Below are positions 28,553-38,807 of a stretch of 64,000 nt of DNA, in pieces. Source of the stretch: a bacterium (lineage in GTDB: Bacteria > Patescibacteriota > Minisyncoccia > Minisyncoccales > UBA1441); the NCBI GenBank assembly GCA_029559515.1, contig JAKQBO010000007.1, positions 11,878 to 75,877 on the forward strand. Direction: 5' to 3'. Both the position numbers and the translations under genes were made by a program. The notes under the pieces are model-generated. The model did no database searches. It saw nothing but the letters and a program-made list of their open reading frames with translations, and had not been told where the DNA came from. Each line of letters starts with the position of its first letter. The stretch's first letter is position 1.

Positions 28553-29770
28553 TTAATTAATAATCTCTTTTAATAATTCAACTGCTTTATCAAGCTGTTT
28601 GTCTTCGCCCTTCTCTAAATACTCTTCCAGGTTAAGTTCGACGGTGATGTCGGGCTCCAAGCCGACTCCTTCAATTAAGTGTCCGCTTGGCGTTAACCAT
28701 TTGGCAATCGTAATCTTAACCATCGATCCATCCCTCAGGTTGAAGGTCTGCTGAACCGACCCCTTGCCAAAAGACTGTTCGCCAATAATCCTTAAATTAC
28801 GATTATCGCGCAAGGCTCCAGCGAGTATTTCCGAGCCTGAAGCGCTGCCTTGATTTATCAGGATCAATGTTGGATAAGGAGCTAATTTTGCATTTCCCCG
28901 AGATCGAAACTCCTGACGTTCTCCCGACCCAAACTCTTCAATGGCCACTAAATTTCCCATCGGCAGAAACCACCCCGCAACATCAATGGCGACATCAAGG
29001 TAGCCGCCCGGATTATTTCTCAAATCAAGGATTATGCCTTGGGCCGGACTTTTTATAATTTCCGCAGCCACCTCTTGAAAGTTTTGAACTAAACCCTGGT
29101 GAAAATGATAAATCTCAAGATGAGCGATGGATCCGTCAATCAGCTCCCAAGCAACCGATGGAATTTGGATAACATCCCGAATTAAAGGAAATTCTCTTTC
29201 ATCAAAGACATCCGGTCGACGGATGGTCAGCACTACTTCGGTTCCCTTAACTCCTCGGATTAGTTGAACTGCCTCATCAACGCCCATGTCGTAGGTGGAC
29301 ATATCATCAATTTTGATTATTTGGTCGCCTGGCTGCAGCCCGGCTTTCTCAGCCGGAGTGTCCTTAATCGGGGCCACGACCGTTATGATTCCTTGTCGCA
29401 AGCCAACCTCCATGCCAACTCCTTCAATCTCGCCCGACAGATCTTCCTGAAATTTTAAAGACTCTTGAGGGTCAAAAAAGACCGTATACGGATCGCCGAC
29501 AGATTCAATCATACCTGAGATTGCTCCATAAACCATTCTTTCTCGGTCTAGGTCGCTGGCTTCCATGTATTCTTTTTCGACATGGTTCCAGGCCTCCCAA
29601 AAAGTAGACAAATCAATGCCGTCCGGCGGAACAATTTCCGGGCCGCAAATTATCTGGCTTTGATGAGTCAAAAATAATCCCAAAGTCAGGGCTCCGATAA
29701 TCAGGCCGAGTATAAAAAATCCCCAGGGCTGGCGGGATCTTTCTTGTGGTGTTAGATCTTCTGTTTCCAT
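28553..29770 (-). CDS. C-terminal processing peptidase (S41, Ctp/Prc-like) with a PDZ domain
   Basis: PDZ segment (GLQPGDQIIKIDD) and an S41 catalytic region (LRNNPGGYLD ... K); start taken at the internal ATG 29770. Confidence 0.75.
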   Translation of the reverse strand: METEDLTPQERSRQPWGFFILGLIIGALTLGLFLTHQSQIICGPEIVPPDGIDLSTFWEAWNHVEKEYMEASDLDRERMVYGAISGMIESVGDPYTVFFDPQESLKFQEDLSGEIEGVGMEVGLRQGIITVVAPIKDTPAEKAGLQPGDQIIKIDDMSTYDMGVDEAVQLIRGVKGTEVVLTIRRPDVFDEREFPLIRDVIQIPSVAWELIDGSIAHLEIYHFHQGLVQNFQEVAAEIIKSPAQGIILDLRNNPGGYLDVAIDVAGWFLPMGNLVAIEEFGSGERQEFRSRGNAKLAPYPTLILINQGSASGSEILAGALRDNRNLRIIGEQSFGKGSVQQTFNLRDGSMVKITIAKWLTPSGHLIEGVGLEPDITVELNLEEYLEKGEDKQLDKAVELLKEIIN

Positions 29771-29782
29771 GACAATTGAGAG

Positions 29783-29855
29783 TGGGTCCGGTGCGACTCG
29801 AACGCACAACTTACTGCTTAAAAGGCAGTTACTCTACCATTGAGTTACGGACCCT
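29783..29855 (-). tRNA. tRNA-Lys (anticodon UUU)
   Basis: Minus strand: gggtccg acceptor, anticodon loop ctTTTaa, T-loop ttcgagt, acceptor 3' cggaccc. Confidence 0.8.
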
Positions 29856-29869
29856 GGGTCAATTTTAGG

Positions 29870-30946
29870 CTATAAACCTTCTTTTTGCAACTTTCTCAGC
29901 AGCTCTTGCTGAGCCTTGGTCAGTCGCTTGGGCGTTTCTATTTTCAAGTGCAGATAGAGATCTCCCCGACCCAGACGGCCATAGTGAGGCACTCCTTCAT
30001 TCCTAATTTTGATTAACTGGCCGGATTCAGCGCCCCGAGGGATGCCGACTTTAATTTCTTGGCCAGCCAGAGTTTTAAACTTAACCGAGTCTCCCAAAAC
30101 TGCCTGAGAAAAACTAATTGGCAAGAGACTAAGTAAGTTGTCTCCTTGACGAACGAAACGTTCGTTTTCCTTAACAATAATCTTAAGATAGAGATCGCCA
30201 GCTGTCTGGCCCCTTAATCCAGCATGCCCTTGCTGGCTGAACTTTAATATCTGGTTATTATCAACCCCGGCCGGAAGAGGAACCTCGATGGTCACTTTTT
30301 CTTTGACTCTCCCCTGTCCCCGGCATATATTACATGGCTTTTGGGGAGCAAATCCAGTTCCCTGACATTCTGGACAAGTACTGTAGTGAGTCATGCTACC
30401 AAAAATAGTTCTCTTAACCTGATGGACCTGTCCTGTTCCTCGACAAGCAGAACACTTATCCAGGCTCGTGCCCGGCTCGTTCCCCTGTCCTTGACAGCGC
30501 TGGCAAACTACCTGCTTGTGAAGAGAAATTTTCTTCTTCTGCGATTGAAGAGTTTCTGAAAGATCTATCTCCAGCGAAGCATGAATGTCTTCGCCTCGGC
30601 TAGGCTGGCTTCGGCGACTCTCTTGGCGGAAAGCAAAATCAAACAAGTCGCCCCAGTCAAACTCATCAAATATGTGACCAAAGTCGTTTTGATTAAAGCC
30701 AAAACCAAAGGGAGCTCCCGAGCCCCCAGCTGACTGATAACCAGAAAAACCCGAGCCAAAACGATCGTATTCGGCTCTTTTCTTGTCGTCCGACAAGACC
30801 CGGTAAGCCTGGCTGATTTTCTTAAACTTTTCTCCATCACCGCCCTTATCGGGATGATATTGATGAGCCAGGCGACGATAAGCCTTTTTAATCTCGTCCT
30901 TGGAAGAGTTACGATTAACTCCTAAAATTTGATAATAGTCCTCCAT
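29870..30946 (-). CDS. dnaJ: chaperone DnaJ
   Basis: J-domain with HPD, a G/F region, and four CxxCxGxG zinc-finger repeats. Confidence 0.9.
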   Translation of the reverse strand: MEDYYQILGVNRNSSKDEIKKAYRRLAHQYHPDKGGDGEKFKKISQAYRVLSDDKKRAEYDRFGSGFSGYQSAGGSGAPFGFGFNQNDFGHIFDEFDWGDLFDFAFRQESRRSQPSRGEDIHASLEIDLSETLQSQKKKISLHKQVVCQRCQGQGNEPGTSLDKCSACRGTGQVHQVKRTIFGSMTHYSTCPECQGTGFAPQKPCNICRGQGRVKEKVTIEVPLPAGVDNNQILKFSQQGHAGLRGQTAGDLYLKIIVKENERFVRQGDNLLSLLPISFSQAVLGDSVKFKTLAGQEIKVGIPRGAESGQLIKIRNEGVPHYGRLGRGDLYLHLKIETPKRLTKAQQELLRKLQKEGL

Positions 30947-30952
30947 AACCCA

Positions 30953-32866
30953 TTAGGAATTATCTTCCTCGGACGGAGTGCCGGATGAGCCAGGCTGATC
31001 ATCATGAGCCTCTGGCTCGGGGTCTTTCGGTTGGGAATCTGACGGCTCGCCGGCTTGGTTTTGGCTTTGTTGATACAGCGCCGCACCAATCTTTTGTAAT
31101 ATCTGCTGGACCTCTTCCGATTTTTTCTCGATCTCTTCCAGATTGTCTTCCTGCTTGACCTTCTCCAGCTCGGATATCTTCGCCTCAGCTTCTTTCTGGT
31201 CAGCTGCTGAAATTTTATCTTTCATTTCTTTCAGTGTTTTTCTCCCGCTATAAACCAAAGCATCGGCTTGATTCTTGGCCTCGATGAGCTTTTTCTTTTG
31301 CTCATCCTGGCTAGCATATTCCTGTTCTTCTTTTTTCATTCTTTCAATTTCTTCTTTCGAAACGCTCGCTGAGCCTTCAATTCGAATTGATTGCTCTTTA
31401 TTGGTTCCCTTGTCTTTAGCCGAAACATTCAGAATGCCATTGGCATCAATATCGAAGGTTACCTCGATCTGAGGAATGCCTCTCGGAGCAGGAGGAATAC
31501 CGTCTAGAATAAAGCGCCCCAGACTCCTATTGTCGCTGGCCATCGCTCGCTCTCCCTGAAGAATGTGAATTTCTACCGAACCTTGATTATCAGCCGCTGT
31601 TGAAAAGATCTGACTCTTTTGGGTGGGCAAAGTGGTGTTTTTATCGATTAGCTTGGTCATGACCCCGCCGAGCGTTTCAATGCCCAGCGAGAGAGGAACA
31701 ACATCTAGCAAAAGAACGTCTTTCATCTCGCCTTGGAGGATGCCTCCCTGAACAGCGGCTCCAATGGCGACCACCTCGTCTGGATTAATCGAGCGATTTG
31801 GTTCTTTGCCAAACATCTTTTCAATCTCTTGTTGAATTTTGGGCATTCGAGTCTGTCCGCCAACTAGCACAATCTCCTCAATGTCTTTTGCCTCGAGTTC
31901 GGCATTGGCTAAAACATCCTTGGTGATTTTAAGAGATCGCTCAATGTACTCGCTCACCATCTCTTCTAAATCAGCCCGGCTCAAAGAGTAAAGCAGATGC
32001 TTCGGTCCTTCGTCAGTCGAGGTGATAAAGGGCAGATTGATTTCAGTTTCCATAGTTGTCGACAACTCAATCTTAGCCTTTTCCGCCGCATCCTTAATTC
32101 TTTGAAGAGCCAGCAAGTCTTTAGCAAGATCGACTCCTTCATCTTGTTTAAAGCGCCGAAGAACCCAATCAATAATCTTCTGATCAAAGTCGTTACCCCC
32201 GAGATGGGTGTCTCCCCCGGTTGCCTTGACCTCAATCGTATCATCACCAATATCCAGTACCGAGACATCAAAAGTTCCACCACCAAAGTCATAAACCAGA
32301 ATTTGCTCGTCTTTTTTCTTGATTAAACCGTAGGCCAAAGCCGCGGCTGTCGGTTCGTTAATAATTCGACGAACCTTTAATCCAGCAATCTCACCAGCCG
32401 CTTTAGTTTCCTGCCGCTGATCGTCATTAAAGTAGGCCGGGCAGGTAATAACAGCCTCTTCTATTTTTGTGCCTAATTTTTCTTCAGCATCATTTTTCAT
32501 CTTTTCCAGAATCATTGCTGAAATCTGAACTGGTTTGTACCATTTATCGCCCATCTTAATTTCGATTCGATCACCATCAGCCTGGCGAATCTGAAAAGGG
32601 GCATGTTTTAGGTCTTCTTGGACCGTGGCATCAGAAAACTTCCGACCAATTAGGCGTTTTGTTCCGTAAACAGTGTTTTCGGAATTAGTAATGATCTGTC
32701 GCTGAGCTAAGACACCGACCAGGCGCTCCCCCTTCTTATTAAAGGCAACGACTGAAGGAGTCGTCCGAGCCCCCTCTTTGTTTTCAATAATCTTAGCCTC
32801 GCCGGCTTCAATAGCCGCCATGGCCGAAAAAGTTGTTCCTAAATCAATTCCTATAATTTTAGACAT
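30953..32866 (-). CDS. dnaK: chaperone DnaK (Hsp70)
   Basis: IGIDLGTT start and Hsp70 signatures; 637 aa. Confidence 0.95.
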   Translation of the reverse strand: MSKIIGIDLGTTFSAMAAIEAGEAKIIENKEGARTTPSVVAFNKKGERLVGVLAQRQIITNSENTVYGTKRLIGRKFSDATVQEDLKHAPFQIRQADGDRIEIKMGDKWYKPVQISAMILEKMKNDAEEKLGTKIEEAVITCPAYFNDDQRQETKAAGEIAGLKVRRIINEPTAAALAYGLIKKKDEQILVYDFGGGTFDVSVLDIGDDTIEVKATGGDTHLGGNDFDQKIIDWVLRRFKQDEGVDLAKDLLALQRIKDAAEKAKIELSTTMETEINLPFITSTDEGPKHLLYSLSRADLEEMVSEYIERSLKITKDVLANAELEAKDIEEIVLVGGQTRMPKIQQEIEKMFGKEPNRSINPDEVVAIGAAVQGGILQGEMKDVLLLDVVPLSLGIETLGGVMTKLIDKNTTLPTQKSQIFSTAADNQGSVEIHILQGERAMASDNRSLGRFILDGIPPAPRGIPQIEVTFDIDANGILNVSAKDKGTNKEQSIRIEGSASVSKEEIERMKKEEQEYASQDEQKKKLIEAKNQADALVYSGRKTLKEMKDKISAADQKEAEAKISELEKVKQEDNLEEIEKKSEEVQQILQKIGAALYQQSQNQAGEPSDSQPKDPEPEAHDDQPGSSGTPSEEDNS

Positions 32867-32874
32867 TGTTGCTT

Positions 32875-33408
32875 TTATTTAATTTCTTTTTTAGCACCAG
32901 CTACCTTAACTTGAGCCGGCCTTAAGACTTCTCCATTTAACAAATATCCAGATAAAACTTCTTCGACGATCTTTCCTTCTTCTAAATCCGAATCATCAAC
33001 CTCGGCCACCGCTTCATGTCTTTTCGGATCAAAGTCTTGTCCCTCGGTTTTGATTCTAACAACTCCCCAGTCATCTAGAACATCTAAAAACCCCTTGCGG
33101 GTCTTAACCACACCATCAAAAAAAGCATCTTGGCCATACTTGTGCTCAACTTCTTTCTCTAAACGAGACAAGTTATCCAAAACAACCAGTAGATCTTTAA
33201 GAATATCACGATTGGCCTGCTTTATGAATCGTGACAATCTTTCTGATTCCAGCTTCTTATAGTTTATTAAATCTGCTCTGGCTCGTTGCCATCCCTCGAG
33301 ATATTCTTTTTTTTCTCGCTGACATTCAGCAAGCTGCTTTTTTATCTCTGATATGTTTTTATCTGGTTTCGAAGAAGACATTATAATCAAACGAAAAGAT
33401 GATAACAC
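32875..33408 (-). CDS. grpE: nucleotide exchange factor GrpE
   Basis: Coiled-coil N-terminus and a GrpE C-terminal beta domain, in the grpE-dnaK-dnaJ order. Confidence 0.75.
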   Translation of the reverse strand: MLSSFRLIIMSSSKPDKNISEIKKQLAECQREKKEYLEGWQRARADLINYKKLESERLSRFIKQANRDILKDLLVVLDNLSRLEKEVEHKYGQDAFFDGVVKTRKGFLDVLDDWGVVRIKTEGQDFDPKRHEAVAEVDDSDLEEGKIVEEVLSGYLLNGEVLRPAQVKVAGAKKEIK

Positions 33409-33439
33409 AAGTTTTAGATACTGTCAATCAGGACTTTGA

Positions 33440-34240
33440 TTAGTTTTCTTGACGGTTAGCGTAAAAGACACGTTCTTCATGACTCCCCAAATCAACATAA
33501 TCGAGTCGACTCAAATCATCATTACCCCTGGTTTGCAGGAAAAGCTCTAAGCGACGTAACTGGCCCTGGATCTCCGTGCTCCGGTTAAGAAAGATGCGCC
33601 AATCAGGATGGCCTATCTCTGGATTAACCATTATTATGGTCACTTTAAAATTATCAATTTCTATCTGACTCATATCCAGGCTTGGGAATAACGAAAGAGT
33701 CTTTTTAATCTCTTTAACCATTGACCAGATATCCTCAGAAACACTGGCCTGGCCTAATTGCACTGAAGGCGCCTGGCGCAGGATAGATAAAACAGTATAG
33801 CCTGAGGGGCAGTCGGCTATCTCTTCCAGGACGATACTTGCTTGATCTGTTAAAAAAACATCTTGGCCTAATGTTAAACATAAAAAAGGCTCCCTTTCAT
33901 CTATTTGTAGCAACAAGGTATTGGGCCAACGGCGCTGAAGCTTCACCTCCTGAATGTAAGGAAATTTTTCTTTCAGACGGCTCCCAATATCTCCCATTGG
34001 CCAGACCAAGCTACTGGACAGCCTCTGGCTGAGCCAAGGTTGAACCGCTTCCCTAATTTCTGACTCGCTCACAGCTTGGTTGCCTTCAATCAGTAAGTAC
34101 TCTTGGCGAAAAGCTTCAGAAAATAAGACCAAATAAGCTAGAAACCCCGATAAACCGAATATTATTAAGGTCTTAATGAAAATCTTTTGGCGATACCAAG
34201 GTTTTCGAAGTCTAATTTTTTTATGCCTAACAACATTCAT
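33440..34240 (-). CDS. ftsQ: FtsQ/DivIB-like cell division protein (POTRA domain)
   Basis: N-terminal transmembrane anchor then a POTRA-like YLLIEGNQAVSESEI region; start taken at the ATG abutting the upstream gene. Confidence 0.5.
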   Translation of the reverse strand: MNVVRHKKIRLRKPWYRQKIFIKTLIIFGLSGFLAYLVLFSEAFRQEYLLIEGNQAVSESEIREAVQPWLSQRLSSSLVWPMGDIGSRLKEKFPYIQEVKLQRRWPNTLLLQIDEREPFLCLTLGQDVFLTDQASIVLEEIADCPSGYTVLSILRQAPSVQLGQASVSEDIWSMVKEIKKTLSLFPSLDMSQIEIDNFKVTIIMVNPEIGHPDWRIFLNRSTEIQGQLRRLELFLQTRGNDDLSRLDYVDLGSHEERVFYANRQEN

Positions 34241-35304
34241 ATTCTTCTCTGGCGCCGTCGATACTTTTCTACTAGATAATTGGACCAATAAAGCCAATTA
34301 AAAATTAAATCTTGGGTGGGTAAATAATCTAGACGATAGCCACCAAATCCCTTTTTAAATAAAGTTAAGCCATGATAGCCGTGACGAGGATTGTCGCTGT
34401 GGGCAATCCCCCAAAAGTTGTAGATTTGACAGCCCCGTCTCTTGGCTTCACGAATAGCCTCCCACTGAATCAGATATGACCCCGGGGCATCTTTTGGTTG
34501 TTCATTTTCGGAGGCTCCTTGATGGTAGTAAGCTGTCCCCTGATGGAAAACAATCATTGCGGAAGCAATGGGACGGCCTTCGTAGTAAGCATTCAGAACC
34601 AAAATCTCATCTTCTCGAGAAAGATGCTCTAGCTCTTTCTCTAGATAATCTAGAGAGAAGGCCCTAAAGCGGTGTCGCCCCACGGTTTGGCGATAAAGAG
34701 ATAAAAAATCCTTCAAATCCGACTTATCTTTACCTTTTTTAATGCTGAGTTTTGAATTGTTTAACCCTTTGCGAATTAAATAACGAGTCGTCTTTCTCAT
34801 GCCTTTCAATAACTCATCTTCAGCAGGGGTAATATTCAGGCACCAAGTAATTTCAGGAACAATAAAGATTGGAGCCATAATTAATCCTAGTTCTCGGAAG
34901 ATTTTTCGATCTTCTGGATTGTCCGGCCAAGCCGGCTGAATTCTGGCAAAAGCCAAGCTTTTGTTTTTTTGACAAATTCCTCTTATCTCCGAAATCAAAA
35001 TTGATAGAATTTCTGAACGACGACTCCAGTAGGCCTCGTCAATAATCGGACCATGAGGAAGAAACAGAAAATTTGCCTTGATCCCCCACCGCTTAATCAG
35101 AGGCATTTCCGTCAGCGATGCTCCGGCTACTAGCTTGGTCCCGTCAGAAACCCCCAGGAGATAAATCTTTAGCCCCATAGCCTCACGCCATTCTTGGGCC
35201 GCCCAGGACTGAAGAAAGGTCTTGTGAATGGCTCGTTCATTCAAATCCTGCCACTGAAATTTATCTTTTACCTCGACTATTGTTAGTTTCTCCATGTCGC
35301 ACAA
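34237..35304 (-). CDS. FemABX-family peptidyltransferase, second paralog
   Basis: FLPHGPI, a RYLIRKGLN-type motif and a C-terminal YYHQGASEN ... NFWG region parallel to FemX, and parallel to the 14614-15543 protein. Confidence 0.65.
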   Translation of the reverse strand: MCDMEKLTIVEVKDKFQWQDLNERAIHKTFLQSWAAQEWREAMGLKIYLLGVSDGTKLVAGASLTEMPLIKRWGIKANFLFLPHGPIIDEAYWSRRSEILSILISEIRGICQKNKSLAFARIQPAWPDNPEDRKIFRELGLIMAPIFIVPEITWCLNITPAEDELLKGMRKTTRYLIRKGLNNSKLSIKKGKDKSDLKDFLSLYRQTVGRHRFRAFSLDYLEKELEHLSREDEILVLNAYYEGRPIASAMIVFHQGTAYYHQGASENEQPKDAPGSYLIQWEAIREAKRRGCQIYNFWGIAHSDNPRHGYHGLTLFKKGFGGYRLDYLPTQDLIFNWLYWSNYLVEKYRRRQRRI

Positions 35305-35316
35305 TTAAACCTACCC

Positions 35317-36039
35317 TTAATCAACCTGAGATAGTTTTTGATGATATTGACAGTACTCACACTCAGGATCAGACTGAGGAATTGTTTCCGAAACCAGACA
35401 CCGATGAGCAGATTCGATCGCGTCTTCAACCCAGCCGTCGTCTCCCCGATAAGGGATAACCTCAACCTTAAATTCTAGCTGTCCGTCAAAGGCCTCTTTG
35501 TCTTTTAGGCCGTTAGCATAAACAAAGTAGGCTAAATCAGAAACCGGGAAACCATTCTGCCTTAAAAGCCACTGATAAATTTCCACCTGTCTTTTATAGC
35601 TTTGTCGGTAGCGGTCGTCAAGCGAAATCACCTCGTTGGTACTAGTCGCCTTATAGTCAACAACAATTAAGTTCCCTTCTTCGTCTTGCCAAATATCATC
35701 AACCGCCCCGTAGATAATAAAATTAGTCGGTTGATGGTGATATCGCACCCCCTTGAAGTTATTGCGCCAATTATCCATCTCTGGGTGCTGAAAGGGTATC
35801 GCCTTAATTCCATAGGCCTTCATCAACGGATGAGAGCTTCGGTCACTTCGATAAAAATCAAACTCCTTCTTCATCAAAGCATCAACGGCCATGTTCAAGG
35901 TAAAGCCCGGCATTGAAGGTCTTTTAATGCCTCGCTTCATCTCGAGATAAAAACATCGGGGGCACTCCAAAAATTTCTCTAAGCGGCTACGACTTATTAA
36001 AAAGGGCTCTTTTGATTTTGAATCAAATGTTTTTTTCAC
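35317..36039 (-). CDS. PD-(D/E)XK nuclease with a four-Cys cluster (Cas4/RecB-nuclease-like)
   Basis: N-terminal CPRC, core D ... VDYK (the (D/E)xK motif), QVEIYQWL (QxxxY), and a C-terminal CEYC. Confidence 0.55.
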   Translation of the reverse strand: MKKTFDSKSKEPFLISRSRLEKFLECPRCFYLEMKRGIKRPSMPGFTLNMAVDALMKKEFDFYRSDRSSHPLMKAYGIKAIPFQHPEMDNWRNNFKGVRYHHQPTNFIIYGAVDDIWQDEEGNLIVVDYKATSTNEVISLDDRYRQSYKRQVEIYQWLLRQNGFPVSDLAYFVYANGLKDKEAFDGQLEFKVEVIPYRGDDGWVEDAIESAHRCLVSETIPQSDPECEYCQYHQKLSQVD

Positions 36040-36245
36040 TTTTGGGAAAATTTCTGATTAATTTTTTTAACTTCCAGTTCGGCCGACTTTATTTTAGAGC
36101 GGCAAATTTCTATCAACTCGTAAGCTCTCTTCAGCTTTTCAGACAGATGATCAATGTCAACTGTTTCGTCCTGCAGACTCTTAAGAATTTCATCCAGTTC
36201 TTCAAGGGCCTTCTGATAAGATATTGTTTTTTTATTTTGAACCAT
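36036..36245 (-). CDS. xseB: exodeoxyribonuclease VII small subunit
   Basis: 69-aa helical protein with the SYQKALEELDEIL pattern typical of XseB, lying directly upstream of xseA. Confidence 0.7.
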   Translation of the reverse strand: MVQNKKTISYQKALEELDEILKSLQDETVDIDHLSEKLKRAYELIEICRSKIKSAELEVKKINQKFSQK

Positions 36246-36249
36246 GTTT

Positions 36250-37569
36250 TTAATTTAATTTATTAACAGAACTCTTAATTTTTCCCCGAAAAAGGACTGT
36301 TTCTATCTGATCTCCCTTCTTGATCTGCTGAGCGCTTTTCAGAGAACGGCCTTGAAAGCGAGTGACGCTGAATCCTCTCTTCAGGATGTTCTTCGGATCA
36401 AGCAGCTTGAGCCGCTCTTCGATTCCGGTCTGCTGTTTTCTTGCCTCTTGAAAGATTGCTTCAACTGCTTTACCGATATTGTCGCTCAAGAGATCAATTT
36501 TTTGTCTGTTCTGAAGATAGACTCGAGCTGAATCTCTTTGAAGCCAATCACTGCAACTGGAGATTTTATGATCAGCCAAACTGATCAAGTATTTCCCCTG
36601 TCGCTGAACTAGCAATCTTTGACTGTCAACCATCTGCCGAGCCTGATTCAGGCCAACCCGGCTCCTCTGCTCTATCTGCGTGGCGTAATAATCTACTCTC
36701 AGATTAAATGATTTTACTCTTTCAATCAAGAACTCAGCAACAGCCGTTGGTGTCGCCAAATAGTGATGCGCGACCAAGTCGGCTATGCTGACGTTGGTAA
36801 AATGGCCGATGCCCGTTAAAACTGGCCGAGAAAAATTAGCAATTGCTTCGGTTATTAACTGGCTGTCAAACCAGCTTAAGTCGGCTGTCGCTCCGCCCCC
36901 GCGGACGATAGCAAGCAGATCGATCTGGTCGATCATCGTTTCAAAAAATCTTATACCGGCCACAATATCTTTTTCTGTTCGCGCCCCTTGAACATTGGCC
37001 TGATAAAAGAAAACCTTAAAGGCCAAGCCGCTGTCGGCTAGTTTGGCAACAAAGTCGTGATAGCCTTCTCCTTCGTTAGTAATTAAACCGATTCTTAGAG
37101 GAACCAATGAAAGGCTTAAGGCTTTGTTCTTTTTTAGAAGGCCCCTCTCTTCTAGAGATTTAATAATGCGCTGTCGGTTCTGAGCCAACTGGCCTACAGT
37201 AAACGAGGGATCAATGTCTTCAACTGTTAAAAGATAACTGCCCGAACGAGCGCTAACAGATAATCGAACCTTGAGTCGGACCTCTAGGCCGTCCATGCCC
37301 TTTAACCGAATTCCCGCATCTTTTAGTCTCTGGCGCAGCCTGGCCTTTCTTGATTCATACAGGACGCATCTAATAGAAGAGAGGGTTTCATCTTTCGCCT
37401 TGTCTTTTTCGCTTAACTGAAAATAGATGTTGAAGCGCCGGGCGTTCTTATCAAAATCACTCAATTCACCCTGTACCCAAATAGGATAAGGACAGGATCC
37501 CTCGATAACTTCTTTAATGATTTGATTTAATTCAAAGACCCGATAAGTTTTGTGAGCGTCATCCATCAT
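36250..37569 (-). CDS. xseA: exodeoxyribonuclease VII large subunit
   Basis: N-terminal OB-fold (YRVFELNQIIKEVIEG..PIWVQGELS) and a catalytic region. The start is ambiguous between 37569 and 37632. Confidence 0.75.
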   Translation of the reverse strand: MMDDAHKTYRVFELNQIIKEVIEGSCPYPIWVQGELSDFDKNARRFNIYFQLSEKDKAKDETLSSIRCVLYESRKARLRQRLKDAGIRLKGMDGLEVRLKVRLSVSARSGSYLLTVEDIDPSFTVGQLAQNRQRIIKSLEERGLLKKNKALSLSLVPLRIGLITNEGEGYHDFVAKLADSGLAFKVFFYQANVQGARTEKDIVAGIRFFETMIDQIDLLAIVRGGGATADLSWFDSQLITEAIANFSRPVLTGIGHFTNVSIADLVAHHYLATPTAVAEFLIERVKSFNLRVDYYATQIEQRSRVGLNQARQMVDSQRLLVQRQGKYLISLADHKISSCSDWLQRDSARVYLQNRQKIDLLSDNIGKAVEAIFQEARKQQTGIEERLKLLDPKNILKRGFSVTRFQGRSLKSAQQIKKGDQIETVLFRGKIKSSVNKLN

Positions 37570-38776
37570 AATATTTAGCGGAGCCAATCTCTTGGGGGAA
37601 ATTAGTCTCCCCTTCCTTAGCGGGAGCACCATAGCCCGCCTCTTTCATTAGGTTGGTAACTGGGTTTCGTAGATGCATCGGTACCCCAAAAGACCCCCGG
37701 CGAGCGTCATCTTTAGCTTTCATCAGAGCGTTGTAAGCTGTTCGGTTCTTGGGAGCTTTCGCCAAGTAAACTGTTCCGTGAGCCAGGCTAATCTGCGCCT
37801 CAGGCAAGCCAACAAAATCAACTGCCTGAACAACGGCTGCGGCTACCTGAACTGCTTCTGGGTCGGCTAGGCCTACATCTTCTGAAGCAAAAATTATCAT
37901 GCGGCGGGCAATAAATTTTGGATCTTCCCCTGATTCAATCATTCGGGCCAGCCAATAGAGGGCAGCGTCAACATCCGAGGCCCTCATGCATTTAATAAAA
38001 GCTGAAATTAAATTGTAATGCTCTTCGCCTTTCTTGTCATAGCGCAGGGCTCTTTGCTTTAAGGCTTCTTTAATCTCCTTCTCGTTAATTTCCTGATGAC
38101 CAATGCTCTTAAGATATAAGGCGGCAAACTCCAACCCGTTGAGAGCAGCCCGAGCATCGCCATCGGCATAAGAAACCAAATATTCAACGGCTTTTGGATC
38201 GATTTTAAGATTCAACTGACCTAATCCCCTATCTGAATCTTCAAGCGCCCGAATAATAATTTTTTTCAGCGTCTCTTCGTTGAGTGGTTTCAGGATATAA
38301 ACAGTTGAACGAGACAATAGTGGCGCGATAACCTCAAAAGAGGGATTTTCAGTCGTCGCTCCGATTAAAGTGATGGTCCCTCTTTCAACATGGGGCAATA
38401 AAATATCCTGCTGGGCTTTATTAAAGCGATGGATTTCGTCGATGAAGACAATCGTTTTTTTGTTTTCAAACTTCAGCCGGTCGGCGGCCCTTTCAATCGC
38501 CTGGCGGACCTCTTTAACGCCGGTCGCCACCGCCGAAAATTCGTCAAAATGAGCATCTATCGCCCGGGCAATTAAATAGGCCAAAGTGGTCTTACCTGAG
38601 CCAGGCGGGCCCCAAAAAATAAGTGACTCTAAATGCTCCGTTTCAACGGCTCGGCGGAGCGGGCTCTCAGGCCCAATAATCTCGTCTTGGCCTAAAAACT
38701 CAGAAAAGTCAGCTGGTCTCATCCGATCAGCCAAGGGAGCTTGCTTTTTCAGATGATCTGAAAACAAGTCAGCCAT
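37559..38776 (-). CDS. rarA: replication-associated recombination protein A (AAA+ ATPase RarA/MgsA)
   Basis: Walker [12 protein letters not shown], Walker B VFIDEIHR, and a MgsA C-terminal domain. Confidence 0.85.
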   Translation of the reverse strand: MADLFSDHLKKQAPLADRMRPADFSEFLGQDEIIGPESPLRRAVETEHLESLIFWGPPGSGKTTLAYLIARAIDAHFDEFSAVATGVKEVRQAIERAADRLKFENKKTIVFIDEIHRFNKAQQDILLPHVERGTITLIGATTENPSFEVIAPLLSRSTVYILKPLNEETLKKIIIRALEDSDRGLGQLNLKIDPKAVEYLVSYADGDARAALNGLEFAALYLKSIGHQEINEKEIKEALKQRALRYDKKGEEHYNLISAFIKCMRASDVDAALYWLARMIESGEDPKFIARRMIIFASEDVGLADPEAVQVAAAVVQAVDFVGLPEAQISLAHGTVYLAKAPKNRTAYNALMKAKDDARRGSFGVPMHLRNPVTNLMKEAGYGAPAKEGETNFPQEIGSAKYYDG

Positions 38777-38807
38777 TACATTTATTCTACTTGATTGGCT
38801 GACGAAA

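Noticed and set aside
35283-36266. Track ORFs 35283-35465 (-), 35686-35916 (+) and 36012-36266 (+)
   Set aside because: They overlap the PD-(D/E)XK nuclease and xseB on the wrong strand or frame, with low-complexity translations. Spurious.
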